Part shown: positions 47,401 to 60,299 of the stretch, piece by piece
Position numbering within the stretch: the first letter of the stretch is position 1
Layout of the letters: every line of letters begins with the position of its first letter
Notes under the pieces: generated by a model
Databases searched by the model: none
What the model was told of the DNA's origin: nothing
Seen by the model: only the letters and a program-made list of their open reading frames with translations
NCBI GenBank assembly: GCA_011109175.1
Contig: RDEW01000027.1
Coordinates: forward strand, 401,629 to 465,628
Reading direction: 5' to 3'
Origin: Dicyema japonicum
Taxonomy: Eukaryota > Animalia > Dicyemida
Length of the DNA stretch: 64,000 nt
Made by a program: the position numbers and the translations under genes

Positions 47401-48149
47401 GATTCCACGCTTTTTACGGGATAGAACAGTCATTCCTCTGTCGGAGTCGTCGATGCGAAGGAATGACAACGGATTTCTTAAGTTCTGTCAAGATCAGAGA
47501 ATCTACTGTGTTCATCTGTATTACCTCCAAAAATGAGCGGTCCTTTCTTAGACATCCACCCACCATCCACTTATTGTAGACACCAGCAGATACACCTCGG
47601 AAGAGTTAAGGTCCTTCGATGAGCACAGGACGAAAATGCCAAGGTGATGAGGAGAACCAACATTTTTGATCCTATTGGTGTCCCTTCTATATATTCTAGA
47701 CACGGGAAAACCGAAGGATAATCTGTCTTCCTACCTGTTTCTATAACTTGAAAATGTCGAAGAATATTTTCTTACGCTAATCTCCTTCTCTGGCAATGTC
47801 TGCGTTCCACCATGGCTTCAGAGCAGAGCGGTTTACCACGACTCACTCGGGATCTATTTTCCAATTTATCGCGGATAGCTTTAGTGAAAAAGACATGACA
47901 TAGAGAAGGTCTTCAACTATGTCGCTTCTGACGAAAAAAATCTGAATAACAATGCGAACACTTGAAGCTATGACTGGATTTTTTTGATCCCAGTATATTT
48001 TTTGTCTCTATTCTATTTAATTTGTTTCTACAAGATATGGCAGCAATTGAAGACCACAATATCATACTTCTATCCTATGCGGTCAATCTCATTATCGCCG
48101 TTAAGGCAATTCACCCACAGTGGTCGCCCTGGTCAATCTGTCAAACCTT

Positions 48150-50270
48150 GTGTATGACAGGATATCCTCTGTATCGACATCAGAATCTCAGTTCATCCTT
48201 TTTACTACAGATAGGAAATTCACCTGGTTAAATATTTGTTCAAGACAATCGGCAGTGTCGTTTTGGTCGTCCGCGGAAGGGTTTGTCGCAACTGTCGTAA
48301 GCTTAGCGGGTGCATGCGGGTTCATTCTTAATACATGCCCAAATAGCCTCCACCGGGCATCTATCACATCCTTGCTGATGTACGAACACATACACTTGTT
48401 GTAAATATTACTGGTGGTTATTCTACGTGGCCACTCCATTCGAGTAAGCTTGTTAGTTGCCTTCTATGGAACGAATCCAGTTTCGTTAGTTTTTAGAGGA
48501 ACTTCCCCAAGTCCCAGCGTTGTAAGTAAGACTGGTTGCACAAAGGTGTTGTAAAACTTGCATCTGTTGTCAATTCCAAGTCCTTTGGCTCTTAAAGTCC
48601 ACTTCATCCGCATAAGATGTCTCTTCAATGTCTCCTATATAGCATTTACGGAGGTCGCGGAGTGCAGATTCAATATTTTATGGTGAATAGTAAAGGGAGA
48701 GGGAATCACCCTGGGGTGTCCAATCGTTGTTTTGAAACTGCGAGAAGTTGCTCCTTCTGTCCTCACAGATAATCTTGTGTTCGCAAGTAGTAGTCTGATT
48801 ATCCTAACCGACGATTTATCCAATATTTGCTCAAGCACATTCATCAGTTTCTGTCTGTTTATTGAGTCAAAAACTCTGGAGAGATCTATTCTCAACACGG
48901 TCGTTACGCTCTTGAATTTTTGGTGCGTTGCACAGCGACATCTATGGCTCCATATAATGTCCGCTGTAGATCTCCCTTCTAGGAACTCACTTTGACTTGC
49001 TGGTAGGTATAGATCCGCCCCACCCTCTATCTGACTTAGTGCTGTTTGCCACCACCTTGCGTATCGAGTTCAGAAGTATGACTGGGCGGAGATTTTCTAC
49101 TAGTCCTTTTGCTTTTTTGGTTTTTATATGGGTATTAATAATCCATTTCCAAGTCCTAGATCGATATTAGTTTCAAAGATCATTTAGGATTTTTGCAATT
49201 GTTCACTATGTTTTTTGGCTCATATTTTAAACTCAGGGCTTATGTTGTCTGGCCCTGCACTCTTTTGTTCTTCAATTTATTTAGCTGATTCCACTTCTTC
49301 CACTGTGATTGGATTTTAGTGCCCTCGGTTCTCCCTGGAAAGGGGGAAAGTCCTTATTTTTGTATTTAACAATATTTCAAGTGTCGTACAATCAATTCGC
49401 TTTTTCTTCTGGAACCCACGAATTTTCCTCTTTGTCTTTGATGTGAAAAACGTTTTGTCCTTTCTTTGTCCGCAGCAGCCGCATACATCTTGAATTGTCC
49501 TCTAGGCATTCCACATCTTTTAATAGGGTGTAATAATTTCCAGTAAGTGTTTTGCTATCTTTTTGATTTTCCATTTTAGTTCCCTTTGTTGGATTTAAAC
49601 TCTTTTATACTCTCGTCTGACGTGTTTGCTGCTTTAAGCCTTAGCTCTCTGCAATGCTTTGCCATATCCGGTAGGAACATGCATCATTTAGCAGGTGTTT
49701 ATCAGACTTTCGGCAGATAATTTAGTCGATTTGATTATACATTCACGGTCTTCCCAACAGAGTTTTTCCTTTGTCCGTGCCATGTCGTCTTGTGGAGAGC
49801 TGAGTGCGTGAAAGCCGTGTTTCCCAAAATAGGCTATTTGCCTCGCATAAGTTCACCAGTGAGGCTCCAGATGTATTTCGGGTCCCATTCTCATTCCGAC
49901 CTTTGCACTAATATCTCCCGCAACAAAGACAAGGGACGAGGAAGCATTATTAGAGTATGTGCTTGATAGTTCTGAGTAGAATTCCTCGAGCTCACCAGGG
50001 TTCTTGATTACATAGACATTTATGATAGTTAATAGACTCTTGGACGGGCATAAATAATTTAGTTTGACTTGTAGGACACATATTCGGCCGTTGACTCTCC
50101 AATAGCGATGTAGTTTTTTGAAGTAATCCACGTGTATGGCAAATCCCATTCCGTAGTGCTTATTTTCGTCTCTTGTAGGGGCAACCAATTGATAATTTGT
50201 ATTTCTCGAGATCGTCACAAAGTACTTTCCTTGCCCAATCTTTCGATATTCCACGTACGTTAAACGTCAT
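48150..50270 (-). mobile_element. Degenerate RTE-like LINE
   Basis: HYGMGFAI..RICVLQV..FVAGDISAKVG (APE), LRIDLSRVFDSINR (RT) and ARWRLFGHVLRM. Confidence 0.85.
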
Positions 50271-50289
50271 TAGCCTGTATTCCCGATTG

Positions 50290-50465
50290 TATAATGAGTG
50301 TTTTTTAGAGATTTGTAGCAGAGCCACGTCACCTGCTCAACCGAATTAAGATTGCCTGCATTCGACAGAGGAAAATGAAAGAGATTAACGCTAAATATTG
50401 TTTTGAGTGTTGCACATGCGGGGTTATAAAAATTATGGCTTTCGTGAAAGTTCCTTAATAATATG
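50290..50465 (+). mobile_element. Isolated RTE-like 3' UTR
   Basis: GCACATGCGGGG...TATGGCTTTCGTGAAAGTTCCTTAATAAT matches 56368-56423 and the reverse complement of 41340-41410. Confidence 0.65.
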
Positions 50466-50469
50466 ATAT

Positions 50470-51620
50470 TCAAAAGTGAACCTGAGTTATAATTTGGAGA
50501 TGTCCATTCCAGTGAACCTCCCTCCTGTTAATGTATCAGTAGATTTTTCATCAATTCAATCTCCGACAGTCTAATACGCTTGTTCCGCTTGGAGAATTGA
50601 TATTTCCTTCACGAAAATCGCACATATCAACTCATTCCCGGGAAAATCATGCGTCTTCTCCCGTTATATAAAGAGAATCGATTGATACTTATTTTCAGAG
50701 GAATCGATTGGAAAAATTTTTTTGCAAGAAACCAGGTTCTCATAACTTATAAGACCGACATTGTTCTGACCTCGCATGATCTGGATATCTAGGCTGCCAT
50801 GTCTAAAATGCAGCAACACTTGGCCGGAGGTTAACCTAAAATCTTGGGAATCATCTTCGATATGCACACGTGCATTGTGCATCATGTCGAAAACGTTTTA
50901 ACGAAGTAGGAGAAGATTAATCCATCGAAAAATCTCCCAGGACTATGGAAGGTCAAAAGCCATCCGATCCTCGAGTCGTTATGTAGCAAGATGAAGGCAT
51001 GACCCATAAAAGACGGGGAATACTAAAAGGAAAAATATAAGGACCGGTTCACGTTCCACGCGATTCCTTTGAGACAACTGGAACGATAAACAGGGAGTAA
51101 TTGCCTGCAGCAAGTCTTGTGGTGAGTTAAGCCCCATCGCTATAGGCAATGTACTCAGACGTGCCATCAAATCCACGAATGGAGTACAACAAATCGGCCG
51201 TCTACTCTTCGCCTTGGGTATCGATTCTACTGCCTCATTAAGCAGAGATCCGATGAACCTGTAATATCTAGACGATAAGATCACTAAAAGAACTGGGAAA
51301 CTGTGGTGGCAGAAGTCAAGTTCACCATATCAACTCTAGCTGCACTTGGATTGATACCAGATTAGTCCAAATGCACAGAAAACGATTTTTTATACAGAAA
51401 ACGATTTCAACCAAGCACTGGCGATGATTTCCACTTACCTCCCAAATATCTCAATCACCAAATCCGAAAATGCGATTTTCCTTGGGTCTTCGCTTTATCA
51501 AAAGAAAATGTCAACTTTTTTGAAAAAAAACGATTCTGTTCAACTTGAATAGTCTAACCTAACAATTCTCGATTCACATACAACGTTATTTTTCTTCAGG
51601 AATTTTTGAAACATCAACCT
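50470..51620 (+). mobile_element. I-like RT fragment followed by a CRE-like RT fragment
   Basis: LGIIFDMH...HVENV (about 50840-50900), then IACSKSCGELSPIAIGNVLRRAIK and YLDDK (about 51090-51300). Confidence 0.6.
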
Positions 51621-52419
51621 GATTTCTATACTGAATTCCGATCGACCATAAAGAAGGGCATCACGGTAGACTTCCTTTGCAGACACACAAATGAGGGAAT
51701 TTCTGGGAGAGGTTGGATCGCTGGCGGAACATTTCGGGGACCATCACCTAATAACTGAGTTTAACCTTTCTTTCTTGGAGGTGATCCACAGTATTCTTCC
51801 ACTTTAAAATGACTACAGATTCCATCATGGTCTCCGAAGAACAAGTTCTATTTTGGATATGGCAAAACAATGTTTCTAGTTCATCTCCACGATCCAAGTC
51901 CACCGGTTCCAGAGTCGACGGAATCTGTCCGCTTTATAAGAGCTTTTCATTATAGTTTTCTTCAAAAAAAACGGAACACTAATCAAGTTGCCTCAAAATC
52001 AAACATTAGCTATTAAATTTTTACAAGATCTTAAAAGTATGTTGGTGGAGTATAGACACGGAATGGTATAAGTGAAGTTATTCAACACCTCAAACAAAAG
52101 TCTTTTGAACGAGGGGGATGACTCGACACTGCTCAAATAACCACACTGTGGTAGACGATGGTGAGGAGGATTGTGTAGTGGAGCAAACGAAGGAGGTTGG
52201 AGAATAAGAGGATATAAATACTTATTTTCGTTTAATGTCAACGTCTTCCACACACCTCTTTTTTTAGCTAGGGTTCTCAATGAGTTCATGGCTCTCCGTT
52301 TAATTTGACATTAATTAATTCCACTTAGCATAATTAAGTTACCATAATAATGAGTAGAAAGGCTTAGTAAAATTGAATAGAAAGTAAAATAAAAACCATT
52401 CCGAACATTCAAAAAATAA

Positions 52420-52754
52420 TTAAAATCCTCCTCTGAGGGAAATAACAAGATGAATCATACAGCCGGCGTCAATTTTGTAAAAACCCGCAGTTTTATCATT
52501 TTCCCTATAAAATAGCAGAACATCACTACATGGTCCTTCCAGCAACAATGATTCTCTGTTGGTCAGGATGGATTCCCTCAGCCTCGAATATTTTTTCCTT
52601 AATTTCACGAGTCTGTTAAATTAGAAATAGATGTAACCGTGAAAACATCCTGAATACTTATATTGATCTGTAATTATTACGCTTATAATATAACCTCACG
52701 GCCTGTCATTGTCTACTTAATAGATCATACAAATACCTTCACTTTTATCATCAT
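52420..52754 (-). CDS. NEDD8: NEDD8/Rub1 ubiquitin-like protein (77 aa, 4 introns)
   Basis: Removing introns of 24, 27, 25 and 25 nt gives MMIKVKTMTGREINISIQDVFTTREIKEKIFEAEGIHPDQQRIIVAGRTMENDKTAGFYKIDAGCMIHLVISLRGGF. It has a di-Gly at 75-76, a small residue (Ser) at position 72 and a NEDD8-type N-terminus. Confidence 0.9.
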
Positions 52755-52859
52755 TTTGAATCACAAGAATTTAGGTTATTCAATTATAATATTCAAATTT
52801 TTTATATATAATCTTTATTATTAAATTTTTATAAAATTAATTCACATTAAAACCCAAAG

Positions 52860-55800
52860 AGTATGATGAGATTAATGTTGTGATCCGTGAAGTACTCAGA
52901 CTAAAGCATGTTTATGTGCTGGCAGGCAATAAGGAGAGACTATATTTACCATGTGAGAAAGTCGGTCGTGGACTGTGTGGAGTAGTCCAACTAAGTAAGC
53001 GTATCCTTATTCGAATGCACGACACCCTGATAGCTGGGTCAAGTGTGTATGCTAGGAAGCACGCCATAATAACGACCGTGAAAAATCGAGGAAACTCACA
53101 TAGGTACTATCAGACCTTTTTTGTATCCTAAGTATGATGTTGATGAAGACATTAATCGAATTACAAAATAATAATTTGATTGAAAGGATTAACTTGAAAA
53201 GACTTAATAAGGTCCTCTTCAGAGCATTTGATAATTTACACGTCGACCTTACGTCGTCGACAACGTGGCTAAAATATGGTGACAAATCGGAGTTGTGCAC
53301 GTATAAGGAAGACGGCAATATTTTTAGGAGTCGATCAACAAATAAATGTTACCATTGTAAGTCAAGGAGCATGTCGGTTGATCATTTAGTTACTTGGTGC
53401 GGATCCATGCTCTGCCACTACTATGTGTGGAGGCATAACGAGGTAGTAAGGAGTCTTCATTTTCTACTATAAAATAAGTATGGTATTCGCCGTGCCTCGT
53501 TTCTTAATTGGATCGCAGTTGAGAGAAATGTCTAAAAAGCAAGGGATACAAAGAGATGCATCTCGTCTAAAGCTCCTTACGTTCAATACTAGAGGCTTAT
53601 CTACGACCTGGTAGAGGAAGATTCTCTGTTACAACCTGGAGAGATACGACGTATCTATTGGGTGTCAACAAGAGACGAAAGTTACTTAATAGCCTTGATG
53701 AGAACTATGGCAAATATCGAATAATGTGTAAACCGAGCGACTCAAAATATTATGGACTTGGATTTGCCATCCACAAAGTTGACAAGTGCAGTCCACCGTA
53801 TATGGAGTGTGAATGACAGGATCTGTGTTATACAAATCCGTCTAAACGACTTACCTCCTTCAAAGAGCTTTCTGACAATTGTAAATATTTATGCGCTACA
53901 TTGCGGGAGAGTAACGAAAGATCCGACAGAACTAGACGACTTCTATTCAACACTGTTACGGACGTACAACGAATATGAGTCACTAATACTCATTGCTGGG
54001 GATTTGAATGCGAAAATCGGAATGAAGAATAACCCGGATGATGTTTTCTTGGGAGAACATGGACGTAAAATAAGAAACCTACCCAGGACAATACTTGGTC
54101 ACTTTTGTATGGCAAACAACTTTTTCCTATGCAATACTCATTTACGCATCCTCCCTGCCACAAAACTACGTGGATGGGGAAGCGAGGAACTCAGAGGAAA
54201 GCTGGTCCCAATATACAACCAAATAGATTATGTCATATGCCGGGCTAAAGACAAACACCTTCTAGTAAACGCACGTTCATATGAAGGCTCGACGACTGTC
54301 AGCGACCACAAGATGGTTATTGCGACCTTCACCCTGAAAAAACATGCCATCAAATACAAATCACGAATTTGAGAAAATCAGAGGCGACTACGCGACTGAA
54401 AGGCTGATTTCCAACCTGAGACTACTGAGAGATATCAACAATACATTCAGACTCATTGCAGGACGTATTGGTGGATACCTCGTAGAAGAAGCCTGGAAAC
54501 GCACAAAGGACACTATCAACGAAGCTGCTGAAGCATGTCTTGGTAAAAGGGAGAATAGTAAAATGCACCTGAAGGCTATTCATCCAGATGTTCTTGAGCT
54601 TGCGAAAAGTTTAAAAGAAATAAACATGAGAAAATCAAATGCCACTGACGCTAATACGATAAAAGCCTTTCAGGGCGAAAGGCAACGTGTCAGAAGAAAA
54701 ATAAAGGGTCTGAACAAGAAGCTTTTCCTAGAAGAAATAGCTTCCCGTATAGAAGAGGTAAACAAAGTGAAAGACAACGCACAGATGTACGTCGCTGCGA
54801 ACAAACTGAAGTCGACTAACCATAAGCTGATACTGAACACCGAAGAACAAACTGAAACCATCGCGGGTCACTTTGAGAAGCTTTTGAACATCAAAACTAT
54901 GGAAATTCACCCATTTGATGGAAGGCCAAGATCCCTTAGATACCAATCACGGCTGAGGAAATCAAAACGACCTGCCGAAAACTAATGTATAACAGAAGCC
55001 CCGACCAGATGCGATAAAACCAGAATACTGAAATACGGCCCTTACCCCCTTTTTAAAAAAATCGCTACACTAATAAATGAAATGTTTTCAACTAACTCAA
55101 CTCTACCTCTGGGTACGGGACTACTAATCCCCATACAAAAAACAGAGGACCGCTCGAAAATTTGCGACCCATCATACTACTAAATTCATTACGCAAAGTC
55201 TTGGCAAACATTGTGCTTGAACGAATAAAAGGATCTGCTTACAAATACCTACCAGATAGTCAAAGTGGTTTTCGAGAAAGGAGATCCACAGCTGATGCGG
55301 TTTGGAGTCACAGATGGAGGTGTGCAACATATCAAAGATACCGTAACGCCATCAATATTCTGGGAATTGACCTATCAAGAGCTTTTGATACGGTTAACAG
55401 GAACAAGTTAATGGGGGTTGAGCGGATTTCTTGATGAATCGAGTCTAAGGATGACCCGAATTCTACTTTCCAACACTGAGCTCTCGGAAATACCTATTCA
55501 AGAAAATTTGAAACCAACACGGGCACTCCACAAGGAGACTCCCTTTCTCCTCTACTATTCACAATTTATTTGGAAGCCGCTATGAGGGAACTTAGACCGT
55601 TATATCAAGGAAAGATGGAAGAAGTGATCTACCCGGACGATGTAGACCTAATTTCTGAAGACAAAGAGGTCCCGGAAAACCTATTAGAAAAAGCACCAGA
55701 TGTACTAGGGAAATGGTTTCTTACTGTGAACAGAGGGAAAACAGAACTCACAGAGATAAGAAGGATGAGTATCGTCCTAGAAGAGAAGTGGCGACAAATA

Positions 55801-56880
55801 AAGAAACTTGGTTCACTTATGGGAGACAGCAAAGATATTTTACGTAGGAAAGCTCTAGCCAATGCTGCGTTATATAAACTGAAGAATCTATGGCTCAATC
55901 AAAGAGGTATCGACACGAAAGTGAGAATCTATTATACGACTTATTCATAAAACCTGTACTTTTATATAACGCTAGAACTTGGGAGACCTCATCAGCGGAT
56001 ATGGACTCAGACTGAAGAAAAATAACAGGAACTATTTGGCCTACGAGAATATTGAGGAATGCTTTATATAAGAGATGCAGCACTATACCTATCAGCTTAC
56101 AAGTACTGAAATCCAGATGAAAGCTCTTCGGACACGTGCTGAGGATGGAATTAACATCCCCAACGAACATATCTATGGAGACATACTATGTTAGTCAAGA
56201 AGGCCGCTATCGTGGAAGACCAAGAACAACACTGCCAATAGTCTTACAAAAAGACCTGGTCAATATCAAAAGAAATCTAAAAATGCCGACGACCTGGACA
56301 ACATGAGAGCCTTGGCTAGGAACAGGGAAACATGGAAAAGGATGACATCTAACCTTGTTTATTTTGCTGCACATGCGGGGCTATAATTAGTATGGCTCTC
56401 GTGAAGTGCTTAAATAAATAATAATGGTATTCACCACAACAGAAAGTTGCAGATTCAAAAGATGCAATCTGTAGTAGAGAACACCAGGGTCCAAATCAAG
56501 GTAGTCACTGTTATCCGAACCTCGGTGCTAGTCAAGCACAATAAGCCGGCATTATGGTCTTGGCAAGTCCTTATCATAGAATTTGGCATTACGTTCAAAG
56601 GCCTTTTGCAGACTGTGGAAGTGGAGAAAAAAAGGAAGTATGTTTTTCTTGCAAACGAGATGGGGCAGATACTTGGTTTTAAGGTTCTCGTTATTCCAAT
56701 AGTAATGAAATGGAAGGAATTGCAAAAAAAGACAACAAGGGTTATTTAAAACAGTTAAGGGTAGATAGGAAGCTCCAGGCTTATCTACATCAACTGTTTT
56801 AAAGCGGACCCTAGAGTTGACAGTGGAGTACAGGAGGCAGAGCCCGGAGACGCCACATGGCAAGAGGACTCAATTGGAAA
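52860..56880 (+). mobile_element. R4/Dong-like RLE retrotransposon 3' part, split by an RTE insertion (pieces 52860-53488 and 56424-56880)
   Basis: ERLYLPCEKVGRGL and C..C...VDHLVTWCG...RHNEVVRSLH..KYGI. After the insertion it resumes with KHNKP...IIEFGIT...EVEKKRKY..LANE...IPIV..W. Confidence 0.8.
53489..56423 (+). mobile_element. Near full-length RTE-like LINE (about 2.9 kb) with a 9-bp TSD
   Basis: Single ORF remnant from MSKK..LLTFNTRGL through APE (IAGDLNAKIG, NQIDY, SDHK), RT (RPIILL, DLSRAFDTVNR, GTPQGDSLSP, YPDDV) and the 3' UTR. Flanked by ATGGTATTC at 53480-53488 and 56424-56432. Confidence 0.9.
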
Positions 56881-56899
56881 ATATGTTCTCGGGACTTGT

Positions 56900-57460
56900 C
56901 TGAGGAGGCTGGTTATTTTTGTTCACATCCAACGGATCTTAATTAATAATTGCGGATCATAGGGCTTGCCAAAATATGTAGGGAGAGTAATGATAGTTTT
57001 CACCGTGACCTGCTCCGGAAAGCACTTAATATACGATACACAATGAAGATTATTAAAGCAAAGTTATACGAATTATGTGGCATAATCAAGGACAATAAAC
57101 ATTGAATAAGATGGAGACTGTTTGGGCACGTGCTTAGAATGGACATAACTGCCCCTGCAAATATAATAATGGACAATTACTTTAACAATGAGAACAAATC
57201 AAATTTCGAAACGTGTGGCACAATAATATACGAATTATGAAACACCGAATCACTCGATGGAAATCGATCGAGATGGAGGCTGTTCTGTCACATTTGAGGA
57301 TGGAATGGGGTCCAGCAAATCTTGTGATGGAGGAATATTTCATGGAACAAGGAAGATTATTCAAAGGAAGACCCAGGACAACTCTATTTTCCGTGTTAAA
57401 TAAAGAGTTAAAGGGCCGAAAATCTCGATTAATTAAGAATCGTGAAAAAAAGAGAACCTT
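56900..57460 (+). mobile_element. Rearranged RTE-like 3' fragments
   Basis: 57110-57195 is nearly identical to 39950-40040 (RWRLFGHVLRMD). FKGRPRTTL follows. Confidence 0.75.
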
Positions 57461-58199
57461 GGATGAGACTGGTACAAAGGGTAGTTGGCGAGCACAAGAG
57501 GAACATTAATTGACTTTTTTGTTTATGTGTTCTCGGCGGTGCCGATGATAATAAACGGATACCTCTTCTGATAACTTCTTTTCTTCTCCAATTTTGACTC
57601 TTGAAGCTCATTGGGATGTTCTCTATGATCCGTATCATAATCCGATTAAATTAACCATCAACCAAAGGCCCATAAAACTGAGAGGTGCAGATGCCTACAT
57701 TAACTATAAATGTGCAAAGTAGAATTCACATGAGGCGAGACCAAGCGTGGACTTTTTTTGTACATTCTTTCGATTTTTCGATTCCACTTTTGAGTCTTCC
57801 AAACTATCCATTTGCTGCTGACAAAAATTATTCCACGTCGTTTCATCACTAATTTTGTCTTTTATTTCTTCCTGAGATTATTGATTTCTTCGTAAAAATG
57901 CGGAAGATCAAATCGATGTTTTTATAAAAGAGAAAATTAAACATGGAATACTTTACGGAACATCACCGGGACTTCCTCAAGATGGAGAAGTCCCCTGACC
58001 ATCCCCTCGGGCCGGACATCAAACTATATTTGGACGCCTGCCTAAGATATGATAAGAAACCTTCCGCTGTGGAGATTAATCCAGGACTACAAAACTAACC
58101 GCAGAAAAAGGACTTTTATGGACACCGGGATCATTTAATTAGACGATAACTTTTATCCTCTTTCTAGTGATTTTAGGGTTAATAAAATAAATTAAATAT

Positions 58200-59400
58200 T
58201 CTGGCATCCGTTTTTTCCGGAAAACCCTTAGAAAGATTCACTCAGTACACACGTCTCCATTAATCTGTCATACTACTTGTCTCTAACAGAAAACGTATGG
58301 TATCCTTCCGAGACCAAGCTAGCTTACTGATATGTCGATATGCAAACATTAGCCATTTTCCTACCCCAAGGGCCTTTTTTGTAAGAGACCAAATGCTCAA
58401 AAGTCAGTGGACTGGTTCACTATTTGACAATCCTTAATTAAGCAATTTGTCGTTACTCTCGAAACTCATATACAAGAGGTCCAATGGTCTTGCCGTACAT
58501 TACCTGAAAAATCACGGTCCGAAAAATTTTTTTGCTTTAACCAATCTAATTCCCCTTCTTACCGTTCTATTTCCTTCTTGCCAGTTATTTACAGAATTGC
58601 GGAACGTATTTTACTGTATTTTATCAAACCGAGCGAACAGTTGTTGCTCAATTGACAAGGCCTTGACAGAACAAGAAATATTTTGAGAATGAAGATCCTC
58701 AACACAGAGAACTGGATTGGATGAACATTCCATTATCATGTACACATACTCATGTTGTAGATCTTACCTAATAGAGTTTCCCGTGGTTCGGTTCTTTCTC
58801 TGACCTTATTCAATTTACTTTTATCAAGCTTGGCGGCTAACCAGAATAGACTATCCTTTCATATCCTGATGACACTGATTGCTTCATGCCATCATGATGT
58901 TGCCATCGCATCTTTGAATTTTCAAAAACACCTTGATTCTATTTTTTCCTGAGTGGAACTTAATCTCAAAATTTTCAATGCCATCCAATTGGAAGTATTA
59001 GGACACACCTCTACAGTGAGACAGTTAGCATCTGGATTTCTATTTGACCGGAATGATCATATCATTGTCGCACAATCACGGAAGATTCTATAGACATACT
59101 TAGATAAGTGATACTACATAACATGATCTGGAGTCTTCCGGATTTTTTTCACGTTGGAGACCGTTGGTCTAAACTGAGGATACTAAAAGCAGCCTTTCGG
59201 AATTATAATCGTTTAAGAAACCCCCTATTATTATGGGACGCGACATGTATCGACTCTGTCTCCTAGTAACATCACGAGGAACGTGGTAAAGGCATTATGC
59301 AGAGAAGGCAGGAGTATGTTAAAAAAAGAAATACCATGGTCTTCTCTACGGTTCACATTTCTTCCGTATAAATTGACTTAAATAGTCAAATGTGAAGTGG
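58200..59400 (+). mobile_element. Heavily decayed I-like RT
   Basis: FPVVRFFL/GSVLS.TLF-like and SYPDDT motifs around 58770-58880. Confidence 0.45.
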
Positions 59401-59879
59401 TTGACTGCTCCTATTTGAAGCCACGCAGGAATTTACACACTGGCATATCGTTAAAGATATCTTTCACATCATTCGTTTCTTCATGAGACAGCACATCACG
59501 TTATCGGGTGGTAAGAGGCTCCCGATCTTCCATTGTCTTGGAAGGCTTTAGGTAGTTTGATCATCTGCTATGAAGAGTGTATGTGATTTAGAAGATTGCC
59601 ATCAAGATTTTTTAGGATTTGAAATAATTTTCTTCGAAATCGACTATTCGTGAAAAAATGATGGACTTTTTTGGGCTGCACAGTGTATCCAGTGCTGGGA
59701 AAGTGGCCTGATGGCCCCTAGTTAGAATCTTGCTGCTGTACATTCTGGTTGAAGGTTCCAGGAATCTATGATGCTTTGGCTTCAGCCAGAAGGCCTAAGA
59801 TAAACCCATAGATAAGTCTAAATCCAAAAAGGGGATTGAAATACCTATTAGTGAACTATATCAAGATGCTGGACACTCT

Positions 59880-60280
59880 GAGGAAGTGATTTCGTCAACC
59901 ATGGACCATTATTTACTTGTAGTGGATCTGGAAGCTATAAACATGACTTTGGGACAGATGCAGCCTCCCTGTAGAAAAATAACTTTGAAGTCGAGGGCAG
60001 AAGCCACGTCAGTTGTGAGGCTGGGCATGGTGTTTGGTTTCCAGAGAGTTCGTTTGAATGGTACAGGAAAAACTAGTAACCAGGTGCTTCCGGTGCAAGA
60101 AATTCTGGCACATTGCGAATTTCTGCAAGGAAAAGGAGAAGTGCTTAATTTGTGATGGAAAGCACAATATGAACTCTTGCTTGGTTAAGGACAGAGAGAG
60201 GAAATGCATTAACTTTATGGAGGTTGGTTATTTTCTTGTTACGAGTGTTGCTCTTCAGCAAAGGCTGCTTTTGAAGTAAG
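59880..60280 (+). mobile_element. Gag/ORF1-like zinc-knuckle fragment
   Basis: CFRCKKFWHIANFC and CLICDGKHNMNSC in ORF 60058-60279. Confidence 0.7.
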
Positions 60281-60299
60281 AAGCAAAAAAGACATGAAG

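Noticed and set aside
57480-57950. Possible spliced gene on the minus strand
   Set aside because: Several intron-like segments, but no continuous frame or identifiable product.
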